The notes under the pieces are model-generated. The model had not been told where the DNA came from. It did no database searches and worked only from the letters and a program-made list of their open reading frames with translations. A stretch of 64,000 nt of DNA from a virus. This document shows positions 10,033-19,881 of the stretch, one piece after another. Made by a program: the position numbers and the translations under genes. The stretch lies in the IMG/VR virus record IMGVR_UViG_3300010354_000045, positions 32,001-96,000 of that record; one strand, 5' to 3'. Positions within the stretch are counted from its first letter, which is position 1, and the number at the start of each line of letters is the position of its first letter.

Positions 10033-10752
10033 TTAGTGGTTGCTAATCTGAACTCTACCGCTAACAGCAGCATCAAACGACCATTTTGCAGAAGCACCGC
10101 TGGCAAAAGCAGTACCTGCAGAACTAGTGCCACCGTGTGTATTAGCTACTGGAACTAATACTGCTCTGTATGCAGTTAATTTTGACACAAGGTAAGTGCC
10201 GCCTGCACTGTCAGTAGCCATAATGCTCATTTCGTTTGCACCTAACGTTCCGTCAACAGTAGTAACTAATTTACAGACTGCGGTGCCGTCAGCAGTAGTA
10301 ACTTTATAACGACGAGATCCTGTTTGTTTAACAATATCACCCACTAGTACTTCTGATCCAGCACCAATTTGTGCTTCACACTTAATACTATTTTGACGAG
10401 CGTTTGCACCGCTAGTTAAAGTTGCTACAGGTGTAGCGCTACCAGATCCACCTGCAATACTACCGTTAAATGTAATTGTTGGAGCACTTGTATAACCAGA
10501 CCCTGCTGAAACAACTGTTACAGTATAAGCTGTTGCACCTGTCACTGTTACAGTTAATACTGGTTTTGCACCACCGGTTAAATCCGGTGCACCAATACTG
10601 GCTGCTGGAATTGTGTATGTACCATTTACTAGAGTTGCTAAAGTACCTGCTGGATTTGTTACGCTGGCAATTGCTTCGCCGCCCACGTTAGCTCCACCAA
10701 ACTTAGCGTAGTTTGTATTTGCAAAATATTTTTTCTGAATTGGACGTCCCAT
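10033..10752 (-). CDS. Probable capsid decoration/accessory virion protein
   Basis: Start revised to ATG 10752 (MGRPIQKK) behind AGGAG. Follows gp23 and contains a SAGSGYTSAPTITF module. Confidence 0.55.
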   Translation of the reverse strand: MGRPIQKKYFANTNYAKFGGANVGGEAIASVTNPAGTLATLVNGTYTIPAASIGAPDLTGGAKPVLTVTVTGATAYTVTVVSAGSGYTSAPTITFNGSIAGGSGSATPVATLTSGANARQNSIKCEAQIGAGSEVLVGDIVKQTGSRRYKVTTADGTAVCKLVTTVDGTLGANEMSIMATDSAGGTYLVSKLTAYRAVLVPVANTHGGTSSAGTAFASGASAKWSFDAAVSGRVQISNH

Positions 10753-10761
10753 TTGTTTCTC

Positions 10762-10834
10762 CTTGTGTTGACGTTCTAGGTCTACGCTGTGGGGTACAGC
10801 ATAAGTCTCTTTCGAGCTCATTTATTAGACATAG
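10762..10834 (-). ncRNA. Candidate structured 5' leader
   Basis: After CTAAATA (10835-10841): CTC-GAAA-GAG, TATGCTGT-ACCCC-ACAGCGTA and a GAC...GTC closure, then the SD. Confidence 0.4.
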
Positions 10835-10841
10835 TATTTAG
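10835..10841 (-). promoter_or_regulatory. Late promoter CTAAATA
   Basis: NTAAATA immediately downstream of the gp23 terminator. Confidence 0.55.
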
Positions 10842-10850
10842 CCGTAAATG

Positions 10851-10875
10851 AAAAAGGGCTCCTAAGAGCCCTTTT
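10851..10875 (-). terminator. Intrinsic terminator after the major capsid gene
   Basis: AAAAGGGCTC-TTAG-GAGCCCTTTTT, symmetric; preceded by a GAAA-loop hairpin at ~10885-10904. Confidence 0.85.
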
Positions 10876-10905
10876 AAAGAACACAACAACCTTTCGGTAT
10901 GTTGA

Positions 10906-12072
10906 TTAGCTAAACTTAACGTTTGCGTCAGTAATAGCAACTTTACCTAGATAGTCAGCTGCGTTACCTAGAGAAGAAGCTGTGTTGCTTAACTCTACAT
11001 AACCATAACGTGTCATGAAGCTAACTACTGGCTCAAATGTTGCTGGATCTAGAACAACACCACTGCTCATCAATGGAATGTATGGGCAATAGAATGCTGC
11101 TGCGTCACTTTCGCTTGAACCTTTGTAACCGATTAGAACTGCGGTTCCGTCTGTGGCATAGCTGTTTACATATACCTTCATTGCGCCATTTAGAGTACCA
11201 ACAAACTTGGTGTTTGTAGGTGCTTCGAATGTGCCTTCGGTTGTACGTGCAAAAGCTGATGTTGTTGCTGACTGAAGAATTGTAAGTGCAAATGGACTTA
11301 CAACTGCCCAGTTACCAGCACCACGACGTGTACGCTGAGCGATCAAGTTGCTTACGCGATTGATCTGAACAGCAAGTGCAGCGTGCTCGTCACCAACGAA
11401 TGTAGCAGTACCGCTTACGGCTGCTTGATCATAAGTTTGTGTAGCTGTGCCAGCTAGTGTTGCTAGAGAAGCTAGAATCTCTTGGTCAATTTCAGCTGTG
11501 ATTTCTTGTGCTAAAGCAGCCATAATTTCTGCTTCAACGTCGATACCTTGCTGAGCTTGTGCATCTTGAGCAGCTTCGAATGTCCAACGTGCGCTTAGTT
11601 TGCGTGTTTTGGCTTCGACTGTCTGCTTTAAGATTTGAATGCTCATACGCTTTCCAGCTTGACCTTCAAGCGTAGCTGTAGAAACAGCCTTACCTGTAGA
11701 ATCAGCTGAATAGCCTTCAGCAATCTTGAATGGGCTTAGTGCCTCTTCACCGGCTACAACGCCAGCATTGCTGCTTGTATCAGCATAGCGAACACGTAGA
11801 GTGTGAATTTGGCCAACTGGGCCTGTCATTGGCTGTACGCCGACCAACTCGTTAGCAATAACGGTTGGCATAACACGACGGATCACTGGAAGGATCACGC
11901 GGTTAAGTGTGGAAATGTTGCCAGCAGAAGTAGCACCAGCAGTTGGACTTTCCATTAGATACTTACGTGTATTCTCTAATGTAACTCCCATAACTGATCT
12001 CTTAGTGCCTTGTAAGCCTTCTAGTAGGGCTTCTCTAGTTTCTGCCCAACGTCCTGTAAGTAGTTCAGACAT
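10906..12072 (-). CDS. gp23: Major capsid protein (T4 gp23-like)
   Basis: GVQPMTGPVGQIHTLR, VEAKTRKLSARWTFEAAQD, LAQEITAEIDQEI, FYCPYIPL, FMTRYG motifs; AGGAG SD. Confidence 0.95.
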   Translation of the reverse strand: MSELLTGRWAETREALLEGLQGTKRSVMGVTLENTRKYLMESPTAGATSAGNISTLNRVILPVIRRVMPTVIANELVGVQPMTGPVGQIHTLRVRYADTSSNAGVVAGEEALSPFKIAEGYSADSTGKAVSTATLEGQAGKRMSIQILKQTVEAKTRKLSARWTFEAAQDAQAQQGIDVEAEIMAALAQEITAEIDQEILASLATLAGTATQTYDQAAVSGTATFVGDEHAALAVQINRVSNLIAQRTRRGAGNWAVVSPFALTILQSATTSAFARTTEGTFEAPTNTKFVGTLNGAMKVYVNSYATDGTAVLIGYKGSSESDAAAFYCPYIPLMSSGVVLDPATFEPVVSFMTRYGYVELSNTASSLGNAADYLGKVAITDANVKFS

Positions 12073-12083
12073 TTAATTTCTCC

Positions 12084-13187
12084 TTAAATTTTTAGTCCTG
12101 CGAGTTTGCGAATATCGATGATGTTCGTGTCTGCCTCGCTGCTACGGTTGGTGTTGGTAATTGATTTATTACCTGTTACTTCTTTTGCCTCTACTAGTGC
12201 CTGTTTCTTCTGCGGAGCTTTGCTGTTGCCAGCAATTACAGATGGAAGATATCTATTAAAACTTTCGTTTAGTTTGACAGTCTTCACACTCTCCAATAGT
12301 TCTTTCATGATGTCACGTTGCTCAACACTAAGTGGAGCTAGTAATTCACTCATGATTACTTGTCTTTCTTGCGATTCTTTTAGATTCGCAATTTCTGCTT
12401 TTTTGCTTTCTATTACTTCTTCAGCTTTAACTACGGCTTCTGCAGCCTCTTTAATAGCTAAATCTTTCAGGTCTATGACTTTGAGCAATTTTGCAGTTTC
12501 TGATTTTTCATTTAGGTAACTGGACTGATATTCTTGGGCAAAAGCTTCGAATAACTTACGTCCAAAATCTGCACGTCGAGCAGCTTCGATGTCTTCTTTA
12601 AGTGATGTAATTTCAGTACGTAGACCTTCTGTTACTACACTTTCAACCATCTGAGCAGCACGTTGTACAAACTCTTGTTTTACCTTCTTGATCTGTTCAC
12701 GTCCTTCACGGATCAAACGAACCTTGGTTTCTGCAAGGTCTTGTTTGTCTTTGTAGAACTCTGTAATTTCTTGAGCTAGAGCCTCAACTACAAATTCTTC
12801 TAACTTGCTGAACTTGCTAGCCATTACTACTTGATCTTCATGCAATTCTTTAACTTCAGAAGCTAGTTGACGAGTAACAAATTCTTTCATTACGTTAGAA
12901 TCTTTTTTCATCTTGACAGCATATTTGGCTTTCATTTCGGCCAACTGTCTACGATCGTCAGCAAATTCAACTAGTTCTGAGGCTAGTTGCTCGCTGAGCA
13001 TACGATCTACTGCTTCAATCATTGCATTCTTATCATGCTCGTAACGCTGTGCAAACTCTTCGCGTAGTTGTTGAGTTACTTGTTCACGGTTCTCGTTAAT
13101 ACGAGCTTCCCATGCTTGTTCGATTGACTCTTTGATCTCTTCAGAAATCACATTGTTCTCAAATAACTGTTTTAGCGCATCCAACAT
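12084..13187 (-). CDS. gp22: Prohead core scaffold protein (gp22-like)
   Basis: 367-aa Glu/Lys-rich coiled coil between the protease and the MCP. Confidence 0.8.
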   Translation of the reverse strand: MLDALKQLFENNVISEEIKESIEQAWEARINENREQVTQQLREEFAQRYEHDKNAMIEAVDRMLSEQLASELVEFADDRRQLAEMKAKYAVKMKKDSNVMKEFVTRQLASEVKELHEDQVVMASKFSKLEEFVVEALAQEITEFYKDKQDLAETKVRLIREGREQIKKVKQEFVQRAAQMVESVVTEGLRTEITSLKEDIEAARRADFGRKLFEAFAQEYQSSYLNEKSETAKLLKVIDLKDLAIKEAAEAVVKAEEVIESKKAEIANLKESQERQVIMSELLAPLSVEQRDIMKELLESVKTVKLNESFNRYLPSVIAGNSKAPQKKQALVEAKEVTGNKSITNTNRSSEADTNIIDIRKLAGLKI

Positions 13188-13200
13188 GTGATTCTCCTTG

Positions 13201-13829
13201 TTATTGGAGTTTGCTTATTATTGATAATAAGCTCTCTTTGAGATATTTCTGTGCCTTTGGGTCGCCCTTCACCTCCTGCGCTATACGCAAGGCGTTGAAT
13301 CCACCGCGATTATTCATCAGGTGTTCATAGATTGGCGTAGGATACGCCCCCGGGGCACTGGGTTGAGCTACCATATCTACGGTGATAATCTCAAAATCCG
13401 AAACTTCACCGGAACCGTCTGCTTTGACGTTACCGGATCCGCGACTGCTAACTCCCAATTTGACTCCTGACTCTAACATAGTTCTAATCAGTTGCCCCAT
13501 TGGGGTAGGAAGTATTTTCAACTTCCCATAACCGTTAGGACCGTCCATCCACATATTAACAATCATATGAGACACACGGTCCAGGTTAATTTTTAGATCA
13601 TCAGGATGATCTACTTCTCCGAGAACTGAATAGCCGTTCTGAATCTGATCGTTTAAGGTTTTGACAGCCTTGCCAATCTCTTGAACAGGATAACACGCTG
13701 ATTAGCGTTTCTTATACCGCCCTGAATACAAATTCCGGACATGTATAAGTTTTTCCCTTCTTTGTCATCAGATTCAACGACCATTTTGGCTTCGTTGAAA
13801 CTGAGATTCTCTCGGAGGTATTGCGACAT
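13201..13829 (-). CDS. gp21: Prohead protease (gp21-like), broken by a 1-nt frameshift at ~13692
   Basis: N-part GICIQGGIRNANQRV continues in the -1 frame as YPVQEIGKAV...LGEVDHP...KILPTPMG...GVSSRGSG...DMVAQPSAPGA. One extra T restores a 209-aa protein. Confidence 0.9.
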
Positions 13830-13835
13830 TATCAA

Positions 13836-14654
13836 TTAGCCTTTGCTACCAATAAGGCTCTTTTTGTTCTGAGCAGTTTCTCCAGCACCTTTCTTTTCAG
13901 CACCGTGACCTGGCTCTTTCTTTTTAAATGCTGTTTTACCAGCATTGCCGCCTGGAACATTAATATTTCCAGCATTGTCTTCTTTAGTTGCAGGATTTAG
14001 CAATCCGCCTTTTGTACCTGCACCTTTTTCTTCGTGACTTTGTGCAATGTTCTTGTTAGAACCGCCCATGTCATTTTTCATATTGTCAATAAGAGACTTG
14101 GTGTTAGTACCGTTATCGCCGTGTTTTGGTGCTGGAACTTTGTTAACATATTCCATAACAGGTGCAGGTGCTACCATTTCACCTTCTTCACCCATGCCAC
14201 CTTGCATCATAGCATCAAGGTCGCCACCTTCTTCACCACCTTCTTCACCTGCCATTAGAGCTTCAAATTCTGCTTTTAGGTCTTCTAGTGCATCTTCAAG
14301 GTCAAGAATACGATCGGTTTGTTCTTCGTCGGACATATCGGCACCTTCTTCGTCACCCATATCACCTTCTTCGTCACCCATATCTCCTTCTTCGTCACCC
14401 ATATCACCTTCTTCGTCACCCATATCACCTTCTTCGTCACCTTCTTCGTCACCGAACATTTCTTCAACGGCTTCTTCTTCAGGTGCGGCTTCTCCTTCGC
14501 CTTCTTCGGCTAAGTCAAAGTCTTCGCTTAATAATTCTTCGTAGATTTCACGAGATTTTGCTACTACGATATTGTGAAAAATCTCTTTTGCTTTTTCTTG
14601 ATCCTCATTAATGAGAGCTTCAAGCATTGCTTCAAATTGAGCGCGGTCAGTCAT
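13836..14654 (-). CDS. Acidic prohead core protein (gp67/68 position)
   Basis: Start revised to ATG 14654 (MTDRAQFE) behind CAGGAG. Very acidic; lies between portal and protease. Confidence 0.65.
   Translation of the reverse strand: MTDRAQFEAMLEALINEDQEKAKEIFHNIVVAKSREIYEELLSEDFDLAEEGEGEAAPEEEAVEEMFGDEEGDEEGDMGDEEGDMGDEEGDMGDEEGDMGDEEGADMSDEEQTDRILDLEDALEDLKAEFEALMAGEEGGEEGGDLDAMMQGGMGEEGEMVAPAPVMEYVNKVPAPKHGDNGTNTKSLIDNMKNDMGGSNKNIAQSHEEKGAGTKGGLLNPATKEDNAGNINVPGGNAGKTAFKKKEPGHGAEKKGAGETAQNKKSLIGSKG
14342..14453. repeat. 21-nt coding tandem repeat (GDMGDEE x~4-5)
   Basis: TCACCTTCTTCGTCACCCATA units on the + strand. Confidence 0.9.
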
Positions 14655-14688
14655 GTTTGTTTCTCCTGTATTAGACAAGGCTGTATTA

Positions 14689-14695
14689 TATTTAC
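14689..14695 (-). promoter_or_regulatory. Late promoter GTAAATA for the head core genes
   Basis: NTAAATA ~35 nt upstream of ATG 14654. Confidence 0.45.
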
Positions 14696-14759
14696 ATTTA
14701 ATTTGAAAAAATGTGCTGAAATGCCGCAAAAACGACAGATTTTTTGCGGATTTTAAAAA

Positions 14760-14999
14760 TTACTGAGCAGGAGCCGACGGTGTTGCGTACATAGAGTGAA
14801 TAAATTCTAATTCTGTCTCTTGTTCTAAAATATGTGCTTCACTACTCTTACGTAATTCATTAAGTTGTTTTAATGTTAATCTAGTTTTTCTTGTGTCATC
14901 TCGTTTTATAGACGTAATGTCACGACTAGGTTCGTAGCGTAAATCATTAGCTACTTGCCTAGTATCTGGATCAATATAAAACAACTCTCTTAGAATCAT
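14760..14999 (-). CDS. Small head-module protein
   Basis: 79 aa (MILRELF...DTRKTRLTLKQLNELRK), directly after the portal gene. Confidence 0.65.
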   Translation of the reverse strand: MILRELFYIDPDTRQVANDLRYEPSRDITSIKRDDTRKTRLTLKQLNELRKSSEAHILEQETELEFIHSMYATPSAPAQ

Positions 15000-15007
15000 G
15001 TTATTAT

Positions 15008-16756
15008 TTATGCAGCTGGTGGTGTTGCAGGGCCTGCTGCCGCAGCAGGAGCAACAGGTGGAGTTTGACCTTCTGCACTAGGTTCAGCAGCTATGTCATC
15101 AGGTGCAGATAAATCTCCAGCCATACCTAAGTCGCCTTCAATACCAGCAGCACTTAGGCCTGCTGAACGTAATTCGCCGGCAGCATCGGTATGTGTGGGT
15201 TGTCCTTTACCTTGTTCTTCGCCCCACATGCGTTCATTTTCTGCAATTTCTTCTTCACTTAGACCTAAAAATCTACGTAAAGCAAATCGTTTTGACATGT
15301 AGGGCACTTGTTGAATTGTGTTAAATGTATTAATTCTTTCTGTATCAATTGCTGCTTGACGGCTGCTGGCAAAATTCATCGGTGGATTAAACTTCAATTC
15401 AAATAAATTTGAATCGATATTAACTCCCCTGCTGTGCATATACATCTTAAATTCTTCGTCAAAAACAGCAGTTAACAAAGATTGTAAACGTTCGCAGTAC
15501 TTGTTAAAACGTAGTTCTTGAATGTATGCAGTACCAACACGACCGTCATTAAACGAAGCTTGACTATCATCTGCGCCAGTTGGCAGGTAGCTACTAGGTA
15601 TACGCAGACCGCGGAATAATTTATTGGTAAAATATTTTAAGTCATCTATTTCACCTAAATTTGTGCCGCCTGGCAATGTTTCAACTTTTGATCCTCGTCC
15701 TTCTGCGGTTGTTGGAAAGAAATAATCTTCATTAATGCTTAAAGGATTGTAAGCCGAATCAATCACATTTTGACCGCCACCTGTTTGGCTAGGAATTCGT
15801 CGTTGATGGATTTCATTTTTAACACGCTCTACAAAGGCCATAGCCATGTGACTGGGCATATTACCGACATCAATGTGGAACACTCTACGTTCTGGAGCAC
15901 GTTGTATACGATAGATTAAAATAGCATCTTCAAGCAACTCTTTTTGCTTGTATACTTTAAAAATATTTTCTAGTAAGCTGTTACCAAATGGATAGTTATT
16001 ATCTAATCCTTCTGATAAGCTTAAATGGACCATATGCTCAGAGTTAATAGCATATTCTGTTTCACTTAATCCAAATCGACTACCTGAAGTTGAGCTTGGA
16101 TAGGGTCCAGCAGTTCCTCGTTGTATTCCTGGTGCGCCTAGATAACCCGAGTTTCCTGGAACTCCGGCATTATTACTTCTTGGATTAATATTAGGTGTGA
16201 TCTGTGTTGCAACTAAATCTACAAAATTTGGTGCTAGATCTTTAACTACATACTGTTCAGGTGCTTTACCTTCACTTTCGTTAACGATAATTTTAACAAT
16301 TTTTGTTGGATCTACATAACTCCACTTTTGTGTTTCAGGATCTCTAATAAAAAATGCATCGCCGTATTTGTAAATGTTACGTACAATTCTAAATATTCTA
16401 GTGTCAAATTGTTGTAATTTAACCCACTGCTGTAGATACTCACTTAAAATTCTAACTTCACTGTTTGTAGCTTTATGCCGCCACTGAACAGTAAACGGAC
16501 TTTTTCCGTCTTTAGATTTTTGTGTACAAAATTCTGCAAGTATATCTAAGGCAGCATTGACTTCAGGATCACTGTCCATTACTTCGTACTGTTGATATCT
16601 TTCAATTCTATTAGGGCTACCTGTATAGACATCAGGCAAATACGAACTATAATTTGTTCGTGCTGGGCCTGGTCTTGAACCAGATTCAATACCAGAAATT
16701 GGACTTAGGCTTGTTCCTTTAACAGGAACTGGGGTGAAATATTTTTTCCAGCTCAT
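15008..16756 (-). CDS. gp20: Portal vertex protein (gp20-like)
   Basis: LLEDAILIYRIQRAPERRVFHIDVGNMP, EDYFFP..EGRGSKVETLPGGTNLGEIDDLKYF motifs. Confidence 0.95.
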   Translation of the reverse strand: MSWKKYFTPVPVKGTSLSPISGIESGSRPGPARTNYSSYLPDVYTGSPNRIERYQQYEVMDSDPEVNAALDILAEFCTQKSKDGKSPFTVQWRHKATNSEVRILSEYLQQWVKLQQFDTRIFRIVRNIYKYGDAFFIRDPETQKWSYVDPTKIVKIIVNESEGKAPEQYVVKDLAPNFVDLVATQITPNINPRSNNAGVPGNSGYLGAPGIQRGTAGPYPSSTSGSRFGLSETEYAINSEHMVHLSLSEGLDNNYPFGNSLLENIFKVYKQKELLEDAILIYRIQRAPERRVFHIDVGNMPSHMAMAFVERVKNEIHQRRIPSQTGGGQNVIDSAYNPLSINEDYFFPTTAEGRGSKVETLPGGTNLGEIDDLKYFTNKLFRGLRIPSSYLPTGADDSQASFNDGRVGTAYIQELRFNKYCERLQSLLTAVFDEEFKMYMHSRGVNIDSNLFELKFNPPMNFASSRQAAIDTERINTFNTIQQVPYMSKRFALRRFLGLSEEEIAENERMWGEEQGKGQPTHTDAAGELRSAGLSAAGIEGDLGMAGDLSAPDDIAAEPSAEGQTPPVAPAAAAGPATPPAA

Positions 16757-16765
16757 CGATTGTCC

Positions 16766-18997
16766 TTAGGCCAGTGCTCTATTACCAGTAGCTTTGCCAG
16801 CTAATCTTGCTGTTTTTGAACTAGCTTCACTTATGTCAGACATATAAGATAACATTTGACCCATTGTTTTATTTAACAGATTTATACCATCAAGTGTTTG
16901 GAGTTGAATATCTTCTTTAGGCCCGGCTGTTATTTCTGATGCAGTTGTTTCTGCTGCTGGTTTACCTGCACCCATTTCTTGTTCAGGTTCAGGTTTAGCA
17001 GCTTGTTGTCTTTGAGGTGTGGCTGCTGTTGATATTGTTGTTTTTAAATTATCTAGCATGCCGCCTAAGTTCATGCTTGGCATTTTAATTTCAGGCATCT
17101 GAGGCATTGAAGGTGCCTGCGGCATTTCAATTTTTGGCATTTCTGGAAGTTTAAATTCCTTGCTAGAAATTTGTGCTAGATTCTTTTGCATCATATCTTG
17201 TATACTAGCAAAATTAAACTGCCCTTGTGACTGTGCTTGGCCTGGTTTACCGGCATTTGCTTCGCTGACTATGTCTTTTACAAAATCAAATCGTTTATCA
17301 AATGGAACCACAGCTTCTTTTTTGTGTAGTTGCATCATAGTCCCTAATCCAAAATCTTCAAACCAGTTGCCTGTTGCTGCTTTTGAACCTATTTCTCGAT
17401 TAGTTGGACGACCTGTTGCAAAAGGTGTATTTGGATTTATTGTAGGTGCATTAGTACTTCTACCTGATGTTGAATCTATACCTAAGGCTTCTTTCAATTT
17501 ATCTGGTGTTTTACTAAGTTCATTGGATTTTTGTTCTACAGTTCCTCCAATTTTTCCACCAAATAGTGTTTCAATACCTTGTCTTGTGGTATTGACGAAT
17601 TCTGGACTTTTACCTAAAGTAGTATTAAGTTTACTAAACTGATCTGTAAGAGCAGCAGTATTCTTTCTAGCTTCTTCCTGAGCAGTGTTTAATAATCTAG
17701 TTGCTGCCTGGTTAGTATCAACTTTTCCAGCATCGGGTCCGACTCCAATTTGACCTTGTTGTTCTCTTCTAATACGGTCTTCTTGTAAGCGCAATGCTTG
17801 TGCAGGATCGACACCTGCTTCTCTAGCTTGTGTTTCTGCTCCGGCTCGTCGTTGATTTTCTGCTATTAATCTTCTTTGTGTTTGTGCAATTTCGCCTTCA
17901 CCTTGTAGTGCTAATCTAGCATAACGTTCACTACTTTGAAATTCATTTATTTTAGCAACTGCTGCTTTCATAGCAGCATCAGCTTGCATTTTTTGTGCAT
18001 CTGTAACAGCACTTTGTTGCATACGAACAGCACGTTGAAACTCAACACCTGCTGGTCCTAATGCAGCCATAGTATTGAGATTATCTTTAGTCATTCTACC
18101 GCCAGAAGCAATAGTCTGTGCAAGATTGTTAATAGATGGACCCATTCCTGATAAAGATGCTTGAGTTTTTACAAACTGTTGTCTTTGTTGCTCGCTCATC
18201 ATGTTCATGGCTAAGATAGCCTCTGGGCTTTTCATTCTTTCTTTTAATTCAGCTTCGATTGCGTCTCTGCTTTTGCCTGTTGCCCTTGCTTGTTCGTCAA
18301 TAGTTTGTGCAAGATAAGCACTTGCTTGAGCAAGTTCGGCGCGGCCTTTTAAGTCTGTTTGTAAGTTCACTTTAGTGTTAGATGCCATAATGGCAGTAGC
18401 ACTTTGTAACCCATCCACATTACCTTGAAATTGAACGACTTGCTGTCCTATGTCACTTTCTATAGCGTCTCGTGTTAGTTTTAAAAATCGTTGTGATCCT
18501 TCCTGTGCTGTTGCGCCGAGTCCTGTGATACTAGGGCCTTGTGCTTTAAGCAACTTGCCGTATTCGGCCATTTCAAACCCAGCAGCTCGAGTTTGTGCCA
18601 TAAATTCTGGAAGATTAGTTCCGCCAATGCCTTGCCTACTTGCTTGGTTAATTGACTCTCTGCCCGCTTCCATTGTTTTTACAAATCCTGTTAACGCTCC
18701 TCCAATCTGTGGATTAACTTTGTTTACAACACCTGCAATAAATTCCATTGCTGCCGCAGCTTCTTTGCCCTGTGCAGACAACCCTAAAAATGCTGTGCCT
18801 AAAGGTGTAGCAGCATTTAGTAGTTTTACAAATTTGTCAGTCACACCGCCTGCTGCTTCTGATAATGCAGCCATTACACTGTTACCTTGTGACGACGGGG
18901 CAGCGGCACCAGCAGCTGGTCTACTATTACCACCAAAATACGGTTTTAATGCTTCGGAAAAAGCATTTGTTAAATCAGTAAGACTAAAATTAGCCAT
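16766..18997 (-). CDS. Probable tape measure protein
   Basis: 743 aa, Ala/Gln-rich helical; LH..EAVVP motif; divergent from a gp26-like chaperone. Confidence 0.55.
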   Translation of the reverse strand: MANFSLTDLTNAFSEALKPYFGGNSRPAAGAAAPSSQGNSVMAALSEAAGGVTDKFVKLLNAATPLGTAFLGLSAQGKEAAAAMEFIAGVVNKVNPQIGGALTGFVKTMEAGRESINQASRQGIGGTNLPEFMAQTRAAGFEMAEYGKLLKAQGPSITGLGATAQEGSQRFLKLTRDAIESDIGQQVVQFQGNVDGLQSATAIMASNTKVNLQTDLKGRAELAQASAYLAQTIDEQARATGKSRDAIEAELKERMKSPEAILAMNMMSEQQRQQFVKTQASLSGMGPSINNLAQTIASGGRMTKDNLNTMAALGPAGVEFQRAVRMQQSAVTDAQKMQADAAMKAAVAKINEFQSSERYARLALQGEGEIAQTQRRLIAENQRRAGAETQAREAGVDPAQALRLQEDRIRREQQGQIGVGPDAGKVDTNQAATRLLNTAQEEARKNTAALTDQFSKLNTTLGKSPEFVNTTRQGIETLFGGKIGGTVEQKSNELSKTPDKLKEALGIDSTSGRSTNAPTINPNTPFATGRPTNREIGSKAATGNWFEDFGLGTMMQLHKKEAVVPFDKRFDFVKDIVSEANAGKPGQAQSQGQFNFASIQDMMQKNLAQISSKEFKLPEMPKIEMPQAPSMPQMPEIKMPSMNLGGMLDNLKTTISTAATPQRQQAAKPEPEQEMGAGKPAAETTASEITAGPKEDIQLQTLDGINLLNKTMGQMLSYMSDISEASSKTARLAGKATGNRALA

Positions 18998-19023
18998 AAG
19001 TTAAAAATCCAAAAAACTACGTA

Positions 19024-19047
19024 TATAAATACCTATACTATATTTAT
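19024..19047. promoter_or_regulatory. Face-to-face pair of late promoters
   Basis: TATAAATA on + at 19024-19031 and ATAAATA on - at 19041-19047. Confidence 0.7.
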
Positions 19048-19059
19048 CCGGAGTCTTAT

Positions 19060-19881
19060 ATGGCCATTAACCCTTTACAAAAATACTTTAGACAACCAAA
19101 AATTTTTATAAATTTGCCTAGTCACGGTATCTATTGTAAAGAAGGGACTCTACAAGGAGATCCTATTAATATGCCAATCTACGGCATGACTGGTATGGAC
19201 GAAATTATTAGTAAAACTCCCGATGCATTGTTAACAGGGGAAAGTTCTGTAAAAGTAATAGAAAGTTGCTGCCCGTCAATTAAAGATGCTTGGGGGTTAA
19301 GTGTGCTTGATACTGATGCAATTTTTGCAGCAATTCGTATTGCTACATACGGAAATATTTTATCTGTAACACACAAATGTTCTAATTGTGAAACTGAAAA
19401 TGATTATGATTTAGATTTAAATCGAGTAATAGAGCATTTTTCAACTTGCAAATACGATAACACTGTTATTTTTAAAGATTTAGTTATTAAAACTCAACCC
19501 ATTACCTACAAACAATCTACGGATTTTAATTTGCAAAATTTTCAATTACAACAAAAATTAAGTCAAATTAGATCAATGGATGAAACACCTGAGCAACAGG
19601 CAGCTATTAATAATTTATGGAAAGAATTAGCAGACAGTCAAAAAATTATTTTTGCTGCATCAATTGAATCTGTTGAAACACCTAATGGCACAGTAACTGA
19701 AAGAGGTTATATCACTGAATGGTTAGAAAATTCTGACAAAGACTTGTTAAATGAACTTAAATTGCATATAGAAAAAAATAGGGAAATTTGGACAATGCCT
19801 AAATTTCCTATCAAGTGCAATAACTGCGGGCATGAAGAATCTATTACTATAAACTTGGATCAATCTAATTTTTTCGACTGA
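19060..19881 (+). CDS. gp26: Baseplate hub assembly chaperone (gp26-like)
   Basis: NPLQKYFRQPKIFINLPSHG, D.DAIFAAIRIATYG, two CxxC pairs (CSNC, CNNC), ending in NFF. Confidence 0.7.
   Translation: MAINPLQKYFRQPKIFINLPSHGIYCKEGTLQGDPINMPIYGMTGMDEIISKTPDALLTGESSVKVIESCCPSIKDAWGLSVLDTDAIFAAIRIATYGNILSVTHKCSNCETENDYDLDLNRVIEHFSTCKYDNTVIFKDLVIKTQPITYKQSTDFNLQNFQLQQKLSQIRSMDETPEQQAAINNLWKELADSQKIIFAASIESVETPNGTVTERGYITEWLENSDKDLLNELKLHIEKNREIWTMPKFPIKCNNCGHEESITINLDQSNFFD

Noticed and set aside
10753-10821. Upstream starts in the ORF track (10821; likewise 14729, 25321, 27437)
   Set aside because: Downstream ATGs have better SDs or avoid overlapping promoters and neighbouring genes.
14342-14453. 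CRISPR-like array
   Set aside because: Contiguous in-frame coding repeats with no spacers. The same applies to 49093-49690.
14724-14749. CCGCAAAAA/TTTTTGCGG inverted repeat as a terminator
   Set aside because: The stem is A/T-rich with no immediate U-tract on the minus (sense) strand; function is unsupported.
12106-19004. Long + strand ORFs (12106, 14047, 14288, 17160, 18450 and others)
   Set aside because: Antisense shadows of well-supported minus-strand genes.
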